Virus record (IMG/VR): IMGVR_UViG_2574180019_000006
DNA from: a virus
Taxonomy: Duplodnaviria; Heunggongvirae; Uroviricota; Caudoviricetes
Length of the DNA stretch: 64,000 bases
Direction: 5' to 3' (one strand)
Under the pieces are notes generated by a model, which worked only from the letters and a program-made list of their open reading frames with translations, did no database searches and was not told where the DNA came from. Both the position numbers and the translations under genes were made by a program. Every line of letters starts with the position of its first letter. Within the stretch, counting starts at the first letter, position 1. This document shows, one piece after another, positions 47,274 through 56,688 of the stretch.

Positions 47274-47540
47274 ATGACGTTAACCGATAAACAAAAGGAC
47301 ATCATCAAAACGCTCAATCTCGGTTATGAGCGAGGTCATCTACTTGACCTGGACGAATTGCTTGAAGTTTTGCCGTACAAGACAACCAAGCAAAGTATCC
47401 AGTTCTCAATTCGCGCTCTGATAAAAAAGGGGCTGGTGGAGAAAGGGCATACGCGCCAACGCAGTGACAATCGCTATCACCGCCGAACTCTTGGGTTAAC
47501 TACTTTAGGTCGAGCCAAAGCGAAGTTACTGGTGATGTAA
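47274..47540 (+). CDS. hypothetical small protein, possible winged-helix DNA-binding
   Basis: 88 aa; RBS aaggatt. Confidence 0.35.
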   Translation: MTLTDKQKDIIKTLNLGYERGHLLDLDELLEVLPYKTTKQSIQFSIRALIKKGLVEKGHTRQRSDNRYHRRTLGLTTLGRAKAKLLVM

Positions 47541-47570
47541 TCGGTCTGGGAGCTTATTTAAAGACCTGTT

Positions 47571-47625
47571 TCTGTATATATAAATAATAAGTAACTTATT
47601 AAATATATACGGAAGCAGGCTTCGT
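47571..47625. repeat. AT-rich palindromic element, copy 2 of 2
   Basis: ttctgtatatataaataa...ttattaaatatatacggaagcaggct; conserved flanks shared with 16521-16565. Confidence 0.5.
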
Positions 47626-47680
47626 AAGACATGCCAGACCTAATTAAACACCCCAGAAAACAAGTTGGTTAGCAGATGCA

Positions 47681-47698
47681 GTAAACAAGTTGTTTTAG
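47681..47698. promoter_or_regulatory. Palindrome gtaaacaagttgttttag upstream of terminase small subunit
   Basis: AAACAA-N-TTGTTT family; a second half-degenerate copy at 47657-47671. Confidence 0.4.
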
Positions 47699-47735
47699 AG
47701 CGCATGGACGCGCTCTGTGTGTTTTAGAGGGATCT

Positions 47736-48368
47736 ATGACGGTCGAAAAAGACGAGGTAAAAACTCGCCTGACACCAGCGGAGTGGGCCGAAGCTGAAGC
47801 CAAATGGACGTCAGGCGAATATACACTCTCAAAGCTGGAGGAAGAGTACGGCATTCGTCGTGAAACACTCTCCAGACATTTCAAAAAGCGAGGATTAGAG
47901 AAAGGCGCGGACTCTGTTGGGAAGATGGTTCGTGAGTCTCTTAAATCTGACGCAGAGCTTCGCGCTAAAGCCCGTGCGGAAAAGATAGAAGAACGTCGTA
48001 CACGTTATGACGGCTGGGCGTATGCGTTGGGGCAGATGGTGATGGTCGAAGTCACTACGGCCAAACGTGAGGGTAAGCCTTTAGGGGCGATTGAGGATTC
48101 TCTCAAGAGCTTACAGAGAGCCAGTAATACCCTTGCAAAATGCTTTGAAGTTTCGTCCAAAGCATTGGGCATGGATCATGCGGAAAATGACGAGGAAGAA
48201 ATTCCGAACCTGGTATTTGGTGAGCTTACGCCTTCCCAGGTGGCGAAATTACGTCAGGAAGACGACGAGCCTGAAATCATCGATGACGAATTGCTTGAGA
48301 CGTTGGAAGAAGAAGCTCTAAGCGAATTTGATGCGACAGATGATGGAAGTGAAGGGGAGGACGAATAA
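47736..48368 (+). CDS. putative terminase small subunit
   Basis: 210 aa immediately upstream of and overlapping terminase large subunit; N-terminal HTH-like region, acidic C-terminus. Confidence 0.5.
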   Translation: MTVEKDEVKTRLTPAEWAEAEAKWTSGEYTLSKLEEEYGIRRETLSRHFKKRGLEKGADSVGKMVRESLKSDAELRAKARAEKIEERRTRYDGWAYALGQMVMVEVTTAKREGKPLGAIEDSLKSLQRASNTLAKCFEVSSKALGMDHAENDEEEIPNLVFGELTPSQVAKLRQEDDEPEIIDDELLETLEEEALSEFDATDDGSEGEDE

Positions 48369-49624
48369 TGGCAATCCCGTCCTCGCTCAGTCTTGTGCAA
48401 CTGCATTCTGGACAGATGAAAGTCTTCCAGTCTCCGCATCGATTTAAAGTTGTTTGTGCTGGTCGACGCTGGGGAAAATCCCGGTTGTCGATCTCCACTA
48501 TTATTCGTGCGGCGGCAAAGGAAAAAAAGCAAAGGGTCTGGTATGTCGCTCCTACTTACCAGATGGCTCGCCAGATTTTGTGGGACGATCTACAGGAAGT
48601 TCTGCCTCGTAAGTGGGTTAGGAAAAAGAACGACACCACGATGACAATCGTGTTGAAGAACGGTTCGGAGATCGCCCTCAAAGGTGCTGATAAGCCTGAC
48701 ACTCTGCGCGGCGTAGCGTTGCATTTTGTAGTGCTTGATGAATTTCAGGATATGAAGGCTGACACCTGGTACAAGGTGTTACGACCTACTCTTTCATCGA
48801 CACGCGGCGGTGCACTGATCATTGGTACGCCAAAAGGCTTCTCGGAATTTCACAAACTGTGGACTATAGGCCAGAACGTAGAGCTGCAAAGAAAGGGACA
48901 GTGGAAGAGCTGGCAGTTTGTAACTGCCGATTCTCCGTTTGTGCCTACGGCGGAAATTGAAGCTGCTAAGAACGATATGGACCCCAAATCGTTCGCTCAG
49001 GAGTACCTGGCCAGCTTTGAGAACATGTCCGGGCGCGTTTACTACCCGTTCGATCGTAACGTGCATGTAAAACCGCTTCAGTTCAACCCTCGGTTGCCTA
49101 TATGGGTAGGGCAGGACTTCAACATTGACCCGATGTCTTCAGTAATTTTGCAACCTCAGCCAAATGGTGAGCTATGGGCAATTGATGAATTGGTGCTCTT
49201 TTCCTCTAACACGGCAGAAGTTTGTGATGAGCTTGAGAGACGCTTCTGGCGCTGGAAATCACAGGTAACGGTATTTCCAGATCCGGCAGGTGCTTATCGC
49301 CAACATGCTCGTGGGGAGTCTGACGTAGACATATTCAAAGAGAAGGGATTCTTACGTGTCGATTATTCGAAAAAGCACCCGCCAATTGCGGATCGTGTTA
49401 ATGCTGTTAACCGAATGCTGATGTCCGCATCTGGAGATATCCGGCTGTATATCGATCCGAAGTGCAAGCATTTGATTGATTCACTGGAAAAAGTCATCTA
49501 CAAGCCTGGAACACGAGATATGGATAAGACAGGTGGCATTGAGCATAGTGCAGACGCATTGGGCTATCCAGTACATCGTAGGTATCCAGTCAAAAACCGT
49601 GTTATTCTTGGTGGTTCTCGATAG
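48368..49624 (+). CDS. Terminase large subunit
   Basis: Walker A-like VVCAGRRWGKS, Walker B-like HFVVLDEFQD, C-terminal nuclease-like Asp-rich region; followed by portal. Confidence 0.8.
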   Translation: MAIPSSLSLVQLHSGQMKVFQSPHRFKVVCAGRRWGKSRLSISTIIRAAAKEKKQRVWYVAPTYQMARQILWDDLQEVLPRKWVRKKNDTTMTIVLKNGSEIALKGADKPDTLRGVALHFVVLDEFQDMKADTWYKVLRPTLSSTRGGALIIGTPKGFSEFHKLWTIGQNVELQRKGQWKSWQFVTADSPFVPTAEIEAAKNDMDPKSFAQEYLASFENMSGRVYYPFDRNVHVKPLQFNPRLPIWVGQDFNIDPMSSVILQPQPNGELWAIDELVLFSSNTAEVCDELERRFWRWKSQVTVFPDPAGAYRQHARGESDVDIFKEKGFLRVDYSKKHPPIADRVNAVNRMLMSASGDIRLYIDPKCKHLIDSLEKVIYKPGTRDMDKTGGIEHSADALGYPVHRRYPVKNRVILGGSR

Positions 49625-49639
49625 GTAAGTAGTTATCTA
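49621..49639. promoter_or_regulatory. Palindrome ataggtaagtagttatcta between terminase and portal
   Basis: Recurrent palindromic element family. Confidence 0.35.
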
Positions 49640-49650
49640 AGGTTATTCAA

Positions 49651-51225
49651 ATGGAATTGAACGACAAACAAATTAAGGATCTGGTGGCGCGACGCCACCC
49701 GGAATACGAAAAGAAAAAAGAACATTGGGACTTCCTCGCCAGCACTTACGCTGGCGGGCGTGGTTGGTTTACAGACAATATCTTTCGTTACTTTAAAGAG
49801 GGAGATCAGGAGTTTAAGGAGCGAGTTGAACGTGCTTATCGCTTCAACCACACTCGTGAGGTGGTAAACCTCATCAACAAATATCTCTTTAAAGAAGACA
49901 TTCATAGAAATATCGAAGAGGCACCAGAGCAGATCCGCAATTTCTGGAAACGTGCGACTCGCCAGAATGCCTCTATTGACTCATTTATGGCCGCTATTGA
50001 TTTGCAGTCGTCTATTTACGGTCGCATATGGGTTGTTGTCGATAGCACGATGAGTGGTGATGTTGAGTCAGTAGCTGACGAGAAAAAGAAAGATGCTCGC
50101 GCCTACGCCTACTGGATTTCACCTCAGCAAATGCTGGATGTGGCATGGGACGACGACGGGAATATGTTGTGGGCGTTAATTGTGGAAGTCGCTCGTGATG
50201 ACGCAGATCCTTTTACTTCTACAGGTCAGGAATACCAACGTTATCGTCTGTGGGCACAAAACGAGTGGTATCTGTTCCGTGAGGAAGTGAAGAAGGGCGC
50301 TGGTGGAGCAGGTCGCCGTCAGGCAAAAGTTATTTTAGAGGATAGCGGTGAGCATAATCTCGGCGTAGTTCCTGTGTTTCCTGTTGATTGTATTGGAGAA
50401 AGTGAATCACCGTATTTCAGCCCATCGTTGATCGATGATATCGCTTATCTTGATCGTGCGGTTGCAAACTATCTGTCAAACCTTGATGCCATTATTCAGG
50501 ATCAGACATTTAGCCAGTTGGCTATACCGGTACAGTCGCTTTTACCTGGTGATGAAAACCACACTAAAGTGCTTGAAATGGGCACAAAGCGAGTCTTCAC
50601 CTACGATTCTGAAGGTGGAAACCAGCCGTTTTATCTGTCACCAGACCCGAAACAAGCTCAGATGATCATCACTACGATTAAGACGGTGATTAACGAAATC
50701 TACCATTCAGTTGGTGTAGCTGGTGAGCGAACGAAGCAGGACAACGCACAGGGAATCGATAATTCATCTGGTGCCGCAAAAATGTATGACTTCCAGCGTG
50801 TAAATAGCTTGCTTGTCACAAAAGCAGAGCGTCTGGAAAGGGCTGAACGCCAAATCATGCTACTGGTTGCGAAATGGATGGGGGCAGATCTGGACGAAGA
50901 CCACTCTTTAATTGCGTATCCAGAAAGTTTCGATATTCGTGGCCTTACTGATGAATTTTCTGTTGCCGAGAAACTGTCATTACTTCAGGCACCGGACTCT
51001 GTACGTCGTCACCAGATGGAAATGCTTATTGAGAAGATTTTCCCGAACATTACTGAGGCGATGAAAAAGGAATTTGATAAAGATCTCTTGAATTTTCCTC
51101 CAAAAAATGATCTAAATACCCTTGAAAATAAGTCAGTACTTACTTATGATCGTGGTACAGCCCAAGAAAGCGGGCAAGATCAACCCCGAGGGAATGGGGA
51201 CTCATCTACTCAAGAGAACGAGTGA
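49651..51225 (+). CDS. putative portal protein
   Basis: 524-aa ORF directly downstream of terminase large subunit, upstream of scaffold and capsid genes; assignment by synteny and size. Confidence 0.6.
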   Translation: MELNDKQIKDLVARRHPEYEKKKEHWDFLASTYAGGRGWFTDNIFRYFKEGDQEFKERVERAYRFNHTREVVNLINKYLFKEDIHRNIEEAPEQIRNFWKRATRQNASIDSFMAAIDLQSSIYGRIWVVVDSTMSGDVESVADEKKKDARAYAYWISPQQMLDVAWDDDGNMLWALIVEVARDDADPFTSTGQEYQRYRLWAQNEWYLFREEVKKGAGGAGRRQAKVILEDSGEHNLGVVPVFPVDCIGESESPYFSPSLIDDIAYLDRAVANYLSNLDAIIQDQTFSQLAIPVQSLLPGDENHTKVLEMGTKRVFTYDSEGGNQPFYLSPDPKQAQMIITTIKTVINEIYHSVGVAGERTKQDNAQGIDNSSGAAKMYDFQRVNSLLVTKAERLERAERQIMLLVAKWMGADLDEDHSLIAYPESFDIRGLTDEFSVAEKLSLLQAPDSVRRHQMEMLIEKIFPNITEAMKKEFDKDLLNFPPKNDLNTLENKSVLTYDRGTAQESGQDQPRGNGDSSTQENE

Positions 51226-51246
51226 TAAGTAACAAAAGGAATTTTT

Positions 51247-52134
51247 ATGAATCTGTGGCAAATGCTTTTGGCCCGTCGTGGTCTGATGGATGTCGCTGAA
51301 GCGCATGAGCGTGGAGGCGCTGGCGGTGTAGCTGCTGATAATGAGCAGAGCACACAAGATCCTGACAAACAGGGTGAACAAAAAGAGCAGCCGAAGGGCG
51401 ATGACGAATACGCTGGCATGACTCAGGAAGAGTTACTGGCCGAACTTCGTAAAACCAAGAAAGCTGGTGCTGAACTGCTGAAGGAGAACATGAAGCGCAA
51501 AGAGAAAGAGCGCACATTGGCCGATCAGCTTGCTCAGTACGGTGATATCGACCCGGCGCGTGCTCGCCAGCTTTTAGAAGCTGAACAGGCCGCAGAAAAT
51601 GCACGTCGTGAGGCGGAGCAAGCTGAACTGGAGCGTCGTGGTGAGTTCGATGCTGTTAAAAAACAGATGATCGAAGCACACCAGGCAGAGCTGGCACAGC
51701 GTGACGAACGTTATACAGCACTGGAAAGTGAAAACGCATCACTGAAATCTCAATTAGTCGAGATGACCGTGGGCGCTTCCTTCAGTAACTCTCTCTTCCT
51801 ACGTGACAAAGTTCTGATGACCCCGGCAAAAGCCCGCGTGATCTACGGTTCTCATTTTGAAGTGGGTGAAGACGGTAGCGTAGTGGGTTATGACAAACCG
51901 GCAGGTCATAAAGAACGAGCTGTTCTGGTTGACGGTGAAGGTAAGCCGTTGCCGTTTGAATCCGCGATTGAACGCATTGTGCGGGCAGATCCGGAAGCTG
52001 ACGCATTGATGCGTAGCGAAGCCAAGCAGGGTGTAGGCTCACATTCCAAATCGACCTACACAATATCCCAACCGAAGAACAAGTCGACTATGGATAAGTT
52101 GGCCTCCGGTCTGGGGAAAATTGGACTTAAGTAA
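51247..52134 (+). CDS. putative scaffolding protein
   Basis: 295 aa; long charged coiled-coil-like central region; located between portal and major capsid genes. Confidence 0.5.
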   Translation: MNLWQMLLARRGLMDVAEAHERGGAGGVAADNEQSTQDPDKQGEQKEQPKGDDEYAGMTQEELLAELRKTKKAGAELLKENMKRKEKERTLADQLAQYGDIDPARARQLLEAEQAAENARREAEQAELERRGEFDAVKKQMIEAHQAELAQRDERYTALESENASLKSQLVEMTVGASFSNSLFLRDKVLMTPAKARVIYGSHFEVGEDGSVVGYDKPAGHKERAVLVDGEGKPLPFESAIERIVRADPEADALMRSEAKQGVGSHSKSTYTISQPKNKSTMDKLASGLGKIGLK

Positions 52135-52159
52135 CATCTAAATCAAAGGGAATTGATAG

Positions 52160-53035
52160 ATGCCATTACTGCGTGAAGAAGCTGAAAAGCTGTCTAACAA
52201 CGAACTCGAACAGGGTGTGATCGAAACCATCATTGATCGCGATGACCTGTTTGCCATCCTGCCTTTTATGAAAATTAATTCAAAGGCATATCTGTACAAC
52301 CGTGAAAAAACGCTGAGCGAAGCTACTTTCATTGATGTGAACGACACCATCACCGAAGGTGCAGCAACCTTCGAAGAGAAAGTTGCGAAGCTGCGCATTC
52401 TGGCTGGCGACGTTGACGTCGACAAATTCCTGGCTACCACTATGGCTGATACCAACAACCAGCTGGCTATCCAGGTTCGTCAGAAAGTCAAAGGTCTGGC
52501 TCGTGCCTTCCGTCGCAATCTGATTGTTGGCGACTCCACCACTAACAACAAAGCCTTCGACGGCATTCCACGCCTGATGCACGCAGATCAGAAGATCGAC
52601 ATTGCAGGTGCATCTATGACTTTCTCCATGTTCGACGAACTGGTCGATGCGGTGAAAGATCTTGGTGCTGACTGCATCATGATGCGTTCTGAGCATCTTC
52701 GCGCATATCGTGCGCTGCTGCGAACTGTAAACGTAGGCCCGTCCGAAATCATGATGGAAAACTTCGGTCGACCAATGCTGTGCCATAACGGCGTTCCGTT
52801 TATCGTAAACGACTTCATTCCGACCGATGCTGGCAAAGCAAGCATCTACTGCCTGCATCTGTCAGAAGAGAACGGCGTTACTGGTCTGTATGGCGGCGAC
52901 AACGCAGGTATCGTTGTTGAAAACATTGGTACTGTACAGAACAAAGATGCAGTACGTACCCGTGTGAAGTGGTACTGCTCTCTGGCGAATAAGCACGATA
53001 AGGCTATCGCTGCACTGACCAATGTAAAAATTTAA
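52160..53035 (+). CDS. putative major capsid protein (HK97-fold size class)
   Basis: 291 aa following scaffold; RBS aaaggg; followed by palindrome and strong terminator. Confidence 0.6.
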   Translation: MPLLREEAEKLSNNELEQGVIETIIDRDDLFAILPFMKINSKAYLYNREKTLSEATFIDVNDTITEGAATFEEKVAKLRILAGDVDVDKFLATTMADTNNQLAIQVRQKVKGLARAFRRNLIVGDSTTNNKAFDGIPRLMHADQKIDIAGASMTFSMFDELVDAVKDLGADCIMMRSEHLRAYRALLRTVNVGPSEIMMENFGRPMLCHNGVPFIVNDFIPTDAGKASIYCLHLSEENGVTGLYGGDNAGIVVENIGTVQNKDAVRTRVKWYCSLANKHDKAIAALTNVKI

Positions 53036-53069
53036 TCAGTGTTGTAGATAAGTAATTATCTATGTTTAA

Positions 53070-53097
53070 GGGTGGGCTATACGCCCACCCTTTTTGT
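53070..53097 (+). terminator. Rho-independent terminator after capsid gene
   Basis: gggtgggctatacgcccaccc hairpin followed by tttttgt. Confidence 0.6.
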
Positions 53098-53108
53098 AGG
53101 AGCAAGAA

Positions 53109-54029
53109 ATGCCAGAACAAAAGATGAAGATTACGGAAGAGGCATTTTCGGATTTTACGGGGCATATGTGCCGCGCCGGATTTACCAATTCTATCTCCGA
53201 TGAACCTTTAACCGAGCGGCAACAAAGTCAGCTATCTGCTTGTTTGCAGGCGGTTCCCTTCTCCCAATCCGTAAACATAACTCCGGCTTCACCATCAGTT
53301 TTGGTTGGGAAAACTGTTCAACTTAGTGCAGGTATTAGTATGGGTAAGAGTGCCAGTTCATTTACCTGGAAGTCAGCCAATGATCAAATTGCAACCGTTA
53401 ACGGCACTGGATTAGTAACTGGCGTAGCCCCAGGCAAAGTAAAAATTACTGCAACTGATCAGGAAACCCAGCTTTCCGCTTCAGTGGAAGTCACCGTAAA
53501 TCCGGTAGCCGTTAAATCCGTAACGGTAACGCCAGACTCAACCTCTGTTGAGAAAGGGAAATCAGTCAGTCTGAAAGCGAATGTTCAGCCGTCAAATGCG
53601 ACGAATAAGGCAGTTACCTGGTCTTCCAAAAATGAAGACAAGGCAACGGTAGACCAGAGCGGGAACGTTACTGGTGTAGAAGTTGGCACTGCGACGATTG
53701 AGATCGTTTCCCAAGATGGCAGCAAAAAGGCAACTGCAACGGTGGAAGTAACTGCGCCTGTTGTGGCTGTTACCGGCGTCGAAATCGACCCAAATAGCAC
53801 AACCGTTGAGGCAAACAAAACTGTTCAGCTGACCGCAAATGTCGAGCCGGCAGGAGCCACAAATAAAACCGTTACTTGGGAATCCAAAAATACCGAGTTT
53901 GCAACGGTGGACAGCGAAACCGGTGTTGTAACTGGTGTTGCGGCTGGTACTGCCACAATCGAGGTTACTACCCAAGATGGTAGCCACAAAGCGACAGCGA
54001 CCGTAGAGGTCACTGCCGCACAGGAATAA
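53109..54029 (+). CDS. Ig-like (Big_2-type) domain virion protein, putative head decoration
   Basis: Three tandem ~85-aa repeats of pattern VTV.P.S..V..GK.V.L.A.V.P..ATNK.VTW.SKN...ATVD..G.VTGV..GTATIE. Confidence 0.6.
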   Translation: MPEQKMKITEEAFSDFTGHMCRAGFTNSISDEPLTERQQSQLSACLQAVPFSQSVNITPASPSVLVGKTVQLSAGISMGKSASSFTWKSANDQIATVNGTGLVTGVAPGKVKITATDQETQLSASVEVTVNPVAVKSVTVTPDSTSVEKGKSVSLKANVQPSNATNKAVTWSSKNEDKATVDQSGNVTGVEVGTATIEIVSQDGSKKATATVEVTAPVVAVTGVEIDPNSTTVEANKTVQLTANVEPAGATNKTVTWESKNTEFATVDSETGVVTGVAAGTATIEVTTQDGSHKATATVEVTAAQE

Positions 54030-54073
54030 CCGATATTGGGCGGCGAAAGCCGCCCAAGAGGAGAGAAAGCGTT

Positions 54074-54508
54074 ATGAAACCAGCAAAAATTGTTTTATTA
54101 GAACCGCAATTTTCCGGTTATTCGGGAATGCTGTGTGGCGTTCAGTTCGAGAACGGGGTATCCGTAGCGGAGTTGCCTTTTATCGATCAGCAAAGGATTT
54201 GTGCCTCAATGCGAGCATCAACAGTCGAGGGCAAAAATGTTTCTCCGTCTGCCGCATACAGTGATCGTGGCGAGTTGACCGCAGACCTGATTACCGAGCC
54301 AGCAGCACCTGGCATTGTGCCAATGAAACGTGGGACACCAGATGAACCGGCCAAACAGATCCAGACTTTCACACGAGAAGAGTTGGAGTCAATTGCAGAC
54401 AATGAAGGCATTGCCGGTCTACGTGTGATTGGTAATCAGGTTGGTGTCAAAGCGAAAGGAATTGTCGAGATGATTGAAGGCATCCTGAAAGCACAAGGCG
54501 GTGAGTAA
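54074..54508 (+). CDS. hypothetical virion protein (144 aa)
   Basis: Position in head/connector module; RBS gaggagag. Confidence 0.4.
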   Translation: MKPAKIVLLEPQFSGYSGMLCGVQFENGVSVAELPFIDQQRICASMRASTVEGKNVSPSAAYSDRGELTADLITEPAAPGIVPMKRGTPDEPAKQIQTFTREELESIADNEGIAGLRVIGNQVGVKAKGIVEMIEGILKAQGGE

Positions 54509-55341
54509 TGGCGCAGATCGACTCGTATCGTAGCGGTGAAGCTGTTTCCCTTTCATTTGCCTTCAACGTGCTGGATATCGAATCTGCTACCTACACAGTA
54601 AAGGACAGCACCGGGGCTATTCTCGTTGATGGCGAGCCGCTAGAAATTACCAGCGGTCAAATGTCGATTCCGGTTGTCGTGTCGGCTGAATATAACCAGC
54701 TCTCTGAGAAAGAGCGAGATCTGCGGTACGTCATTGTGAAGGCTGTTGCATCGGGTCTGACGCATGAAGAGCGGCAAATGTATGTTCTGCTGAATAGTTT
54801 TGAACTGTCGATACCAGAACAGTCGTTTGCAACTGTCGCTGATGCTCAAATGCAGGCGATCGATATGCTGAATGGGGACACTTTGCTGTCGGATGGTGAA
54901 GGCTTAATGCGCAAGCGTCTCATTGAGGCTACCAGACGAATTAAAACTTTACCGTTCTCAATCCGCAAAATTCTACGTATCGACTTTGACCGATACGATC
55001 GCCCTCAAAATATGCTGAATGTGTATGACATTCCGTGGGGAGCAGATGGAGCGTACCGGCATGATTTAGTCGATTGGGAAAAGATGACGCAGGAGAAGTT
55101 TGAAGAGTTCCCTGACTACTTCAAAGAAGCGTTGATGCTTGCCGTTGTCAACGAAGCGTGTGAGATCGCAAATGGCAATGATGTAGCCGCAGCACGAGAG
55201 GATGGCATTTTGTCAGAGTCCATCGGTGAAACAACCAACATGTACCGTACCGGTAAAGCTGCAAACGTGCATGTGGCTCGTAGTACCTGGCGCTTGCTGG
55301 TCAGTTACATCAACAACCGTATGATTGTTCGCCGTGCGTAA
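54508..55341 (+). CDS. hypothetical head-tail connector-region protein (277 aa)
   Basis: ATG overlaps upstream stop; synteny. Confidence 0.4.
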   Translation: MAQIDSYRSGEAVSLSFAFNVLDIESATYTVKDSTGAILVDGEPLEITSGQMSIPVVVSAEYNQLSEKERDLRYVIVKAVASGLTHEERQMYVLLNSFELSIPEQSFATVADAQMQAIDMLNGDTLLSDGEGLMRKRLIEATRRIKTLPFSIRKILRIDFDRYDRPQNMLNVYDIPWGADGAYRHDLVDWEKMTQEKFEEFPDYFKEALMLAVVNEACEIANGNDVAAAREDGILSESIGETTNMYRTGKAANVHVARSTWRLLVSYINNRMIVRRA

Positions 55342-55420
55342 CGCCAGTCGCATTATTTACTTTTGGTCGAAAGGGTTTTTGGCCAGTAATGAGAGCGACC
55401 GACAACAACAGGGAGAGAGC

Positions 55421-55765
55421 ATGAATATTTCATGGCAAACAGAAATTGCGATCTACCGCTTTGGCGCAAAGAACGTTTACGGCGAGGCGCAATTACAATT
55501 CGTCAGGAAGACGAATGTCGGCGTGGTTAAGTTCGAACAGAGTAATGAGAAATCGTCAGTTCGTGCTGATAGCTCTGGTAGTCGTGGTAAGGCGAGTCTG
55601 GAGCTGTTTGATGCTGTGTTAGTTGTCCCTTTAGAAGCGGCTGTACAACTTGATGATGTGCTGATCCTTGAAGGTCAAAAATTAAAGGTGTCCAGTGTTC
55701 ATCGCCGCTGGGGGCTACGAGGAAGACCTGGGCATCTTGAAGTGGGGGCGAATATATGGGTCTGA
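55421..55765 (+). CDS. hypothetical head-tail joining protein (~114 aa)
   Basis: ATG 55421 preceded by gggagagagc; ORF track starts at TTG 55325. Confidence 0.4.
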   Translation: MNISWQTEIAIYRFGAKNVYGEAQLQFVRKTNVGVVKFEQSNEKSSVRADSSGSRGKASLELFDAVLVVPLEAAVQLDDVLILEGQKLKVSSVHRRWGLRGRPGHLEVGANIWV

Positions 55766-56229
55766 AATACGATGCGCATCAGTTCAAACGTGCGGGGAAT
55801 AGACTCAATAACAGCCAGAAAGCATTTAAGCGATATCTTATTCGGGACATGGAAAAGCTGGCGCGTTTGGTTGAGCGTCTCAGCCGTGCAATGGCCCCGC
55901 TGGAAACCGGATCTCTGGAGACAGCCATCTTTGCCAGGGTGATTAAAGAAGGTTATTCAGGGCTGCGCATTGAGCTTTCTGTGTCTGGAGCAAAACCACG
56001 TCAGGGGCATCCGGGCGTAGAAGTCGGTGACTATGCTAAGTACATGGAGCTGGGTAAATACCGACTCGGTTATCTTTCTCGAATGAAGAACGTGACAAAC
56101 CCACCAATTGCCGGTGTTAAACCTCGTGTTGGGCCACACTTTCTGGAAAGAGCGGTGGAAATTAGCGAGAAGCAGTTCTCAGAAGCGATTCTTGAGGCTG
56201 CAAGAAAAGCCGGTTTTACGAGAGGTTAA
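55756..56229 (+). CDS. hypothetical tail-completion-region protein (157 aa)
   Basis: Overlaps upstream stop; synteny. Confidence 0.4.
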   Translation: MGLKYDAHQFKRAGNRLNNSQKAFKRYLIRDMEKLARLVERLSRAMAPLETGSLETAIFARVIKEGYSGLRIELSVSGAKPRQGHPGVEVGDYAKYMELGKYRLGYLSRMKNVTNPPIAGVKPRVGPHFLERAVEISEKQFSEAILEAARKAGFTRG

Positions 56230-56230
56230 T

Positions 56231-56614
56231 GTGTTTATCGAAGCGTTTGCAAGTTTGATGCAGAAGGCAAAGATTGGCACGGTCGGGACTGACATTTTCT
56301 GTCACTACTTGCCTGCCAATGTGAAATCTGGCGTCCTGCTTATTAACCCAAATACCGGTATCAGCATCGATCATGAGCTACAGGGCTTTTATCACGAATC
56401 ATTCACAATCATTGTGCGTGGTTCGTCAATTACTACGACGGTTGAGAAAGCCAATAAAATCATTGAGATGTTTCCAGTAGAGGAAACGGAATCTGGTGGT
56501 GTTTATTTTCGACTTGTACGACCGATGGCGATGCCAATCATTTATCCCAAAAATGATGGGGCATTAATAGAAGCAGGCATTCCTGTTGAATTTGCTGGCT
56601 ATTTATTGAATTAA
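56231..56614 (+). CDS. hypothetical tail-terminator-region protein (~128 aa, GTG start)
   Basis: GTG 56231 preceded by gagagg; ORF track extension 56108 overlaps previous gene. Confidence 0.35.
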   Translation: MFIEAFASLMQKAKIGTVGTDIFCHYLPANVKSGVLLINPNTGISIDHELQGFYHESFTIIVRGSSITTTVEKANKIIEMFPVEETESGGVYFRLVRPMAMPIIYPKNDGALIEAGIPVEFAGYLLN

Positions 56615-56621
56615 CTCAATT

Positions 56622-56639
56622 GGTAAGTATATACTTACT
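56622..56639. promoter_or_regulatory. Palindrome ggtaagtatatacttact upstream of major tail gene
   Basis: Core identical to 35977-35992. Confidence 0.4.
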
Positions 56640-56688
56640 ATTAGCGCAATGAATGCGTAGAATTAACGGAAAAAGGAGTTTTCCATCA

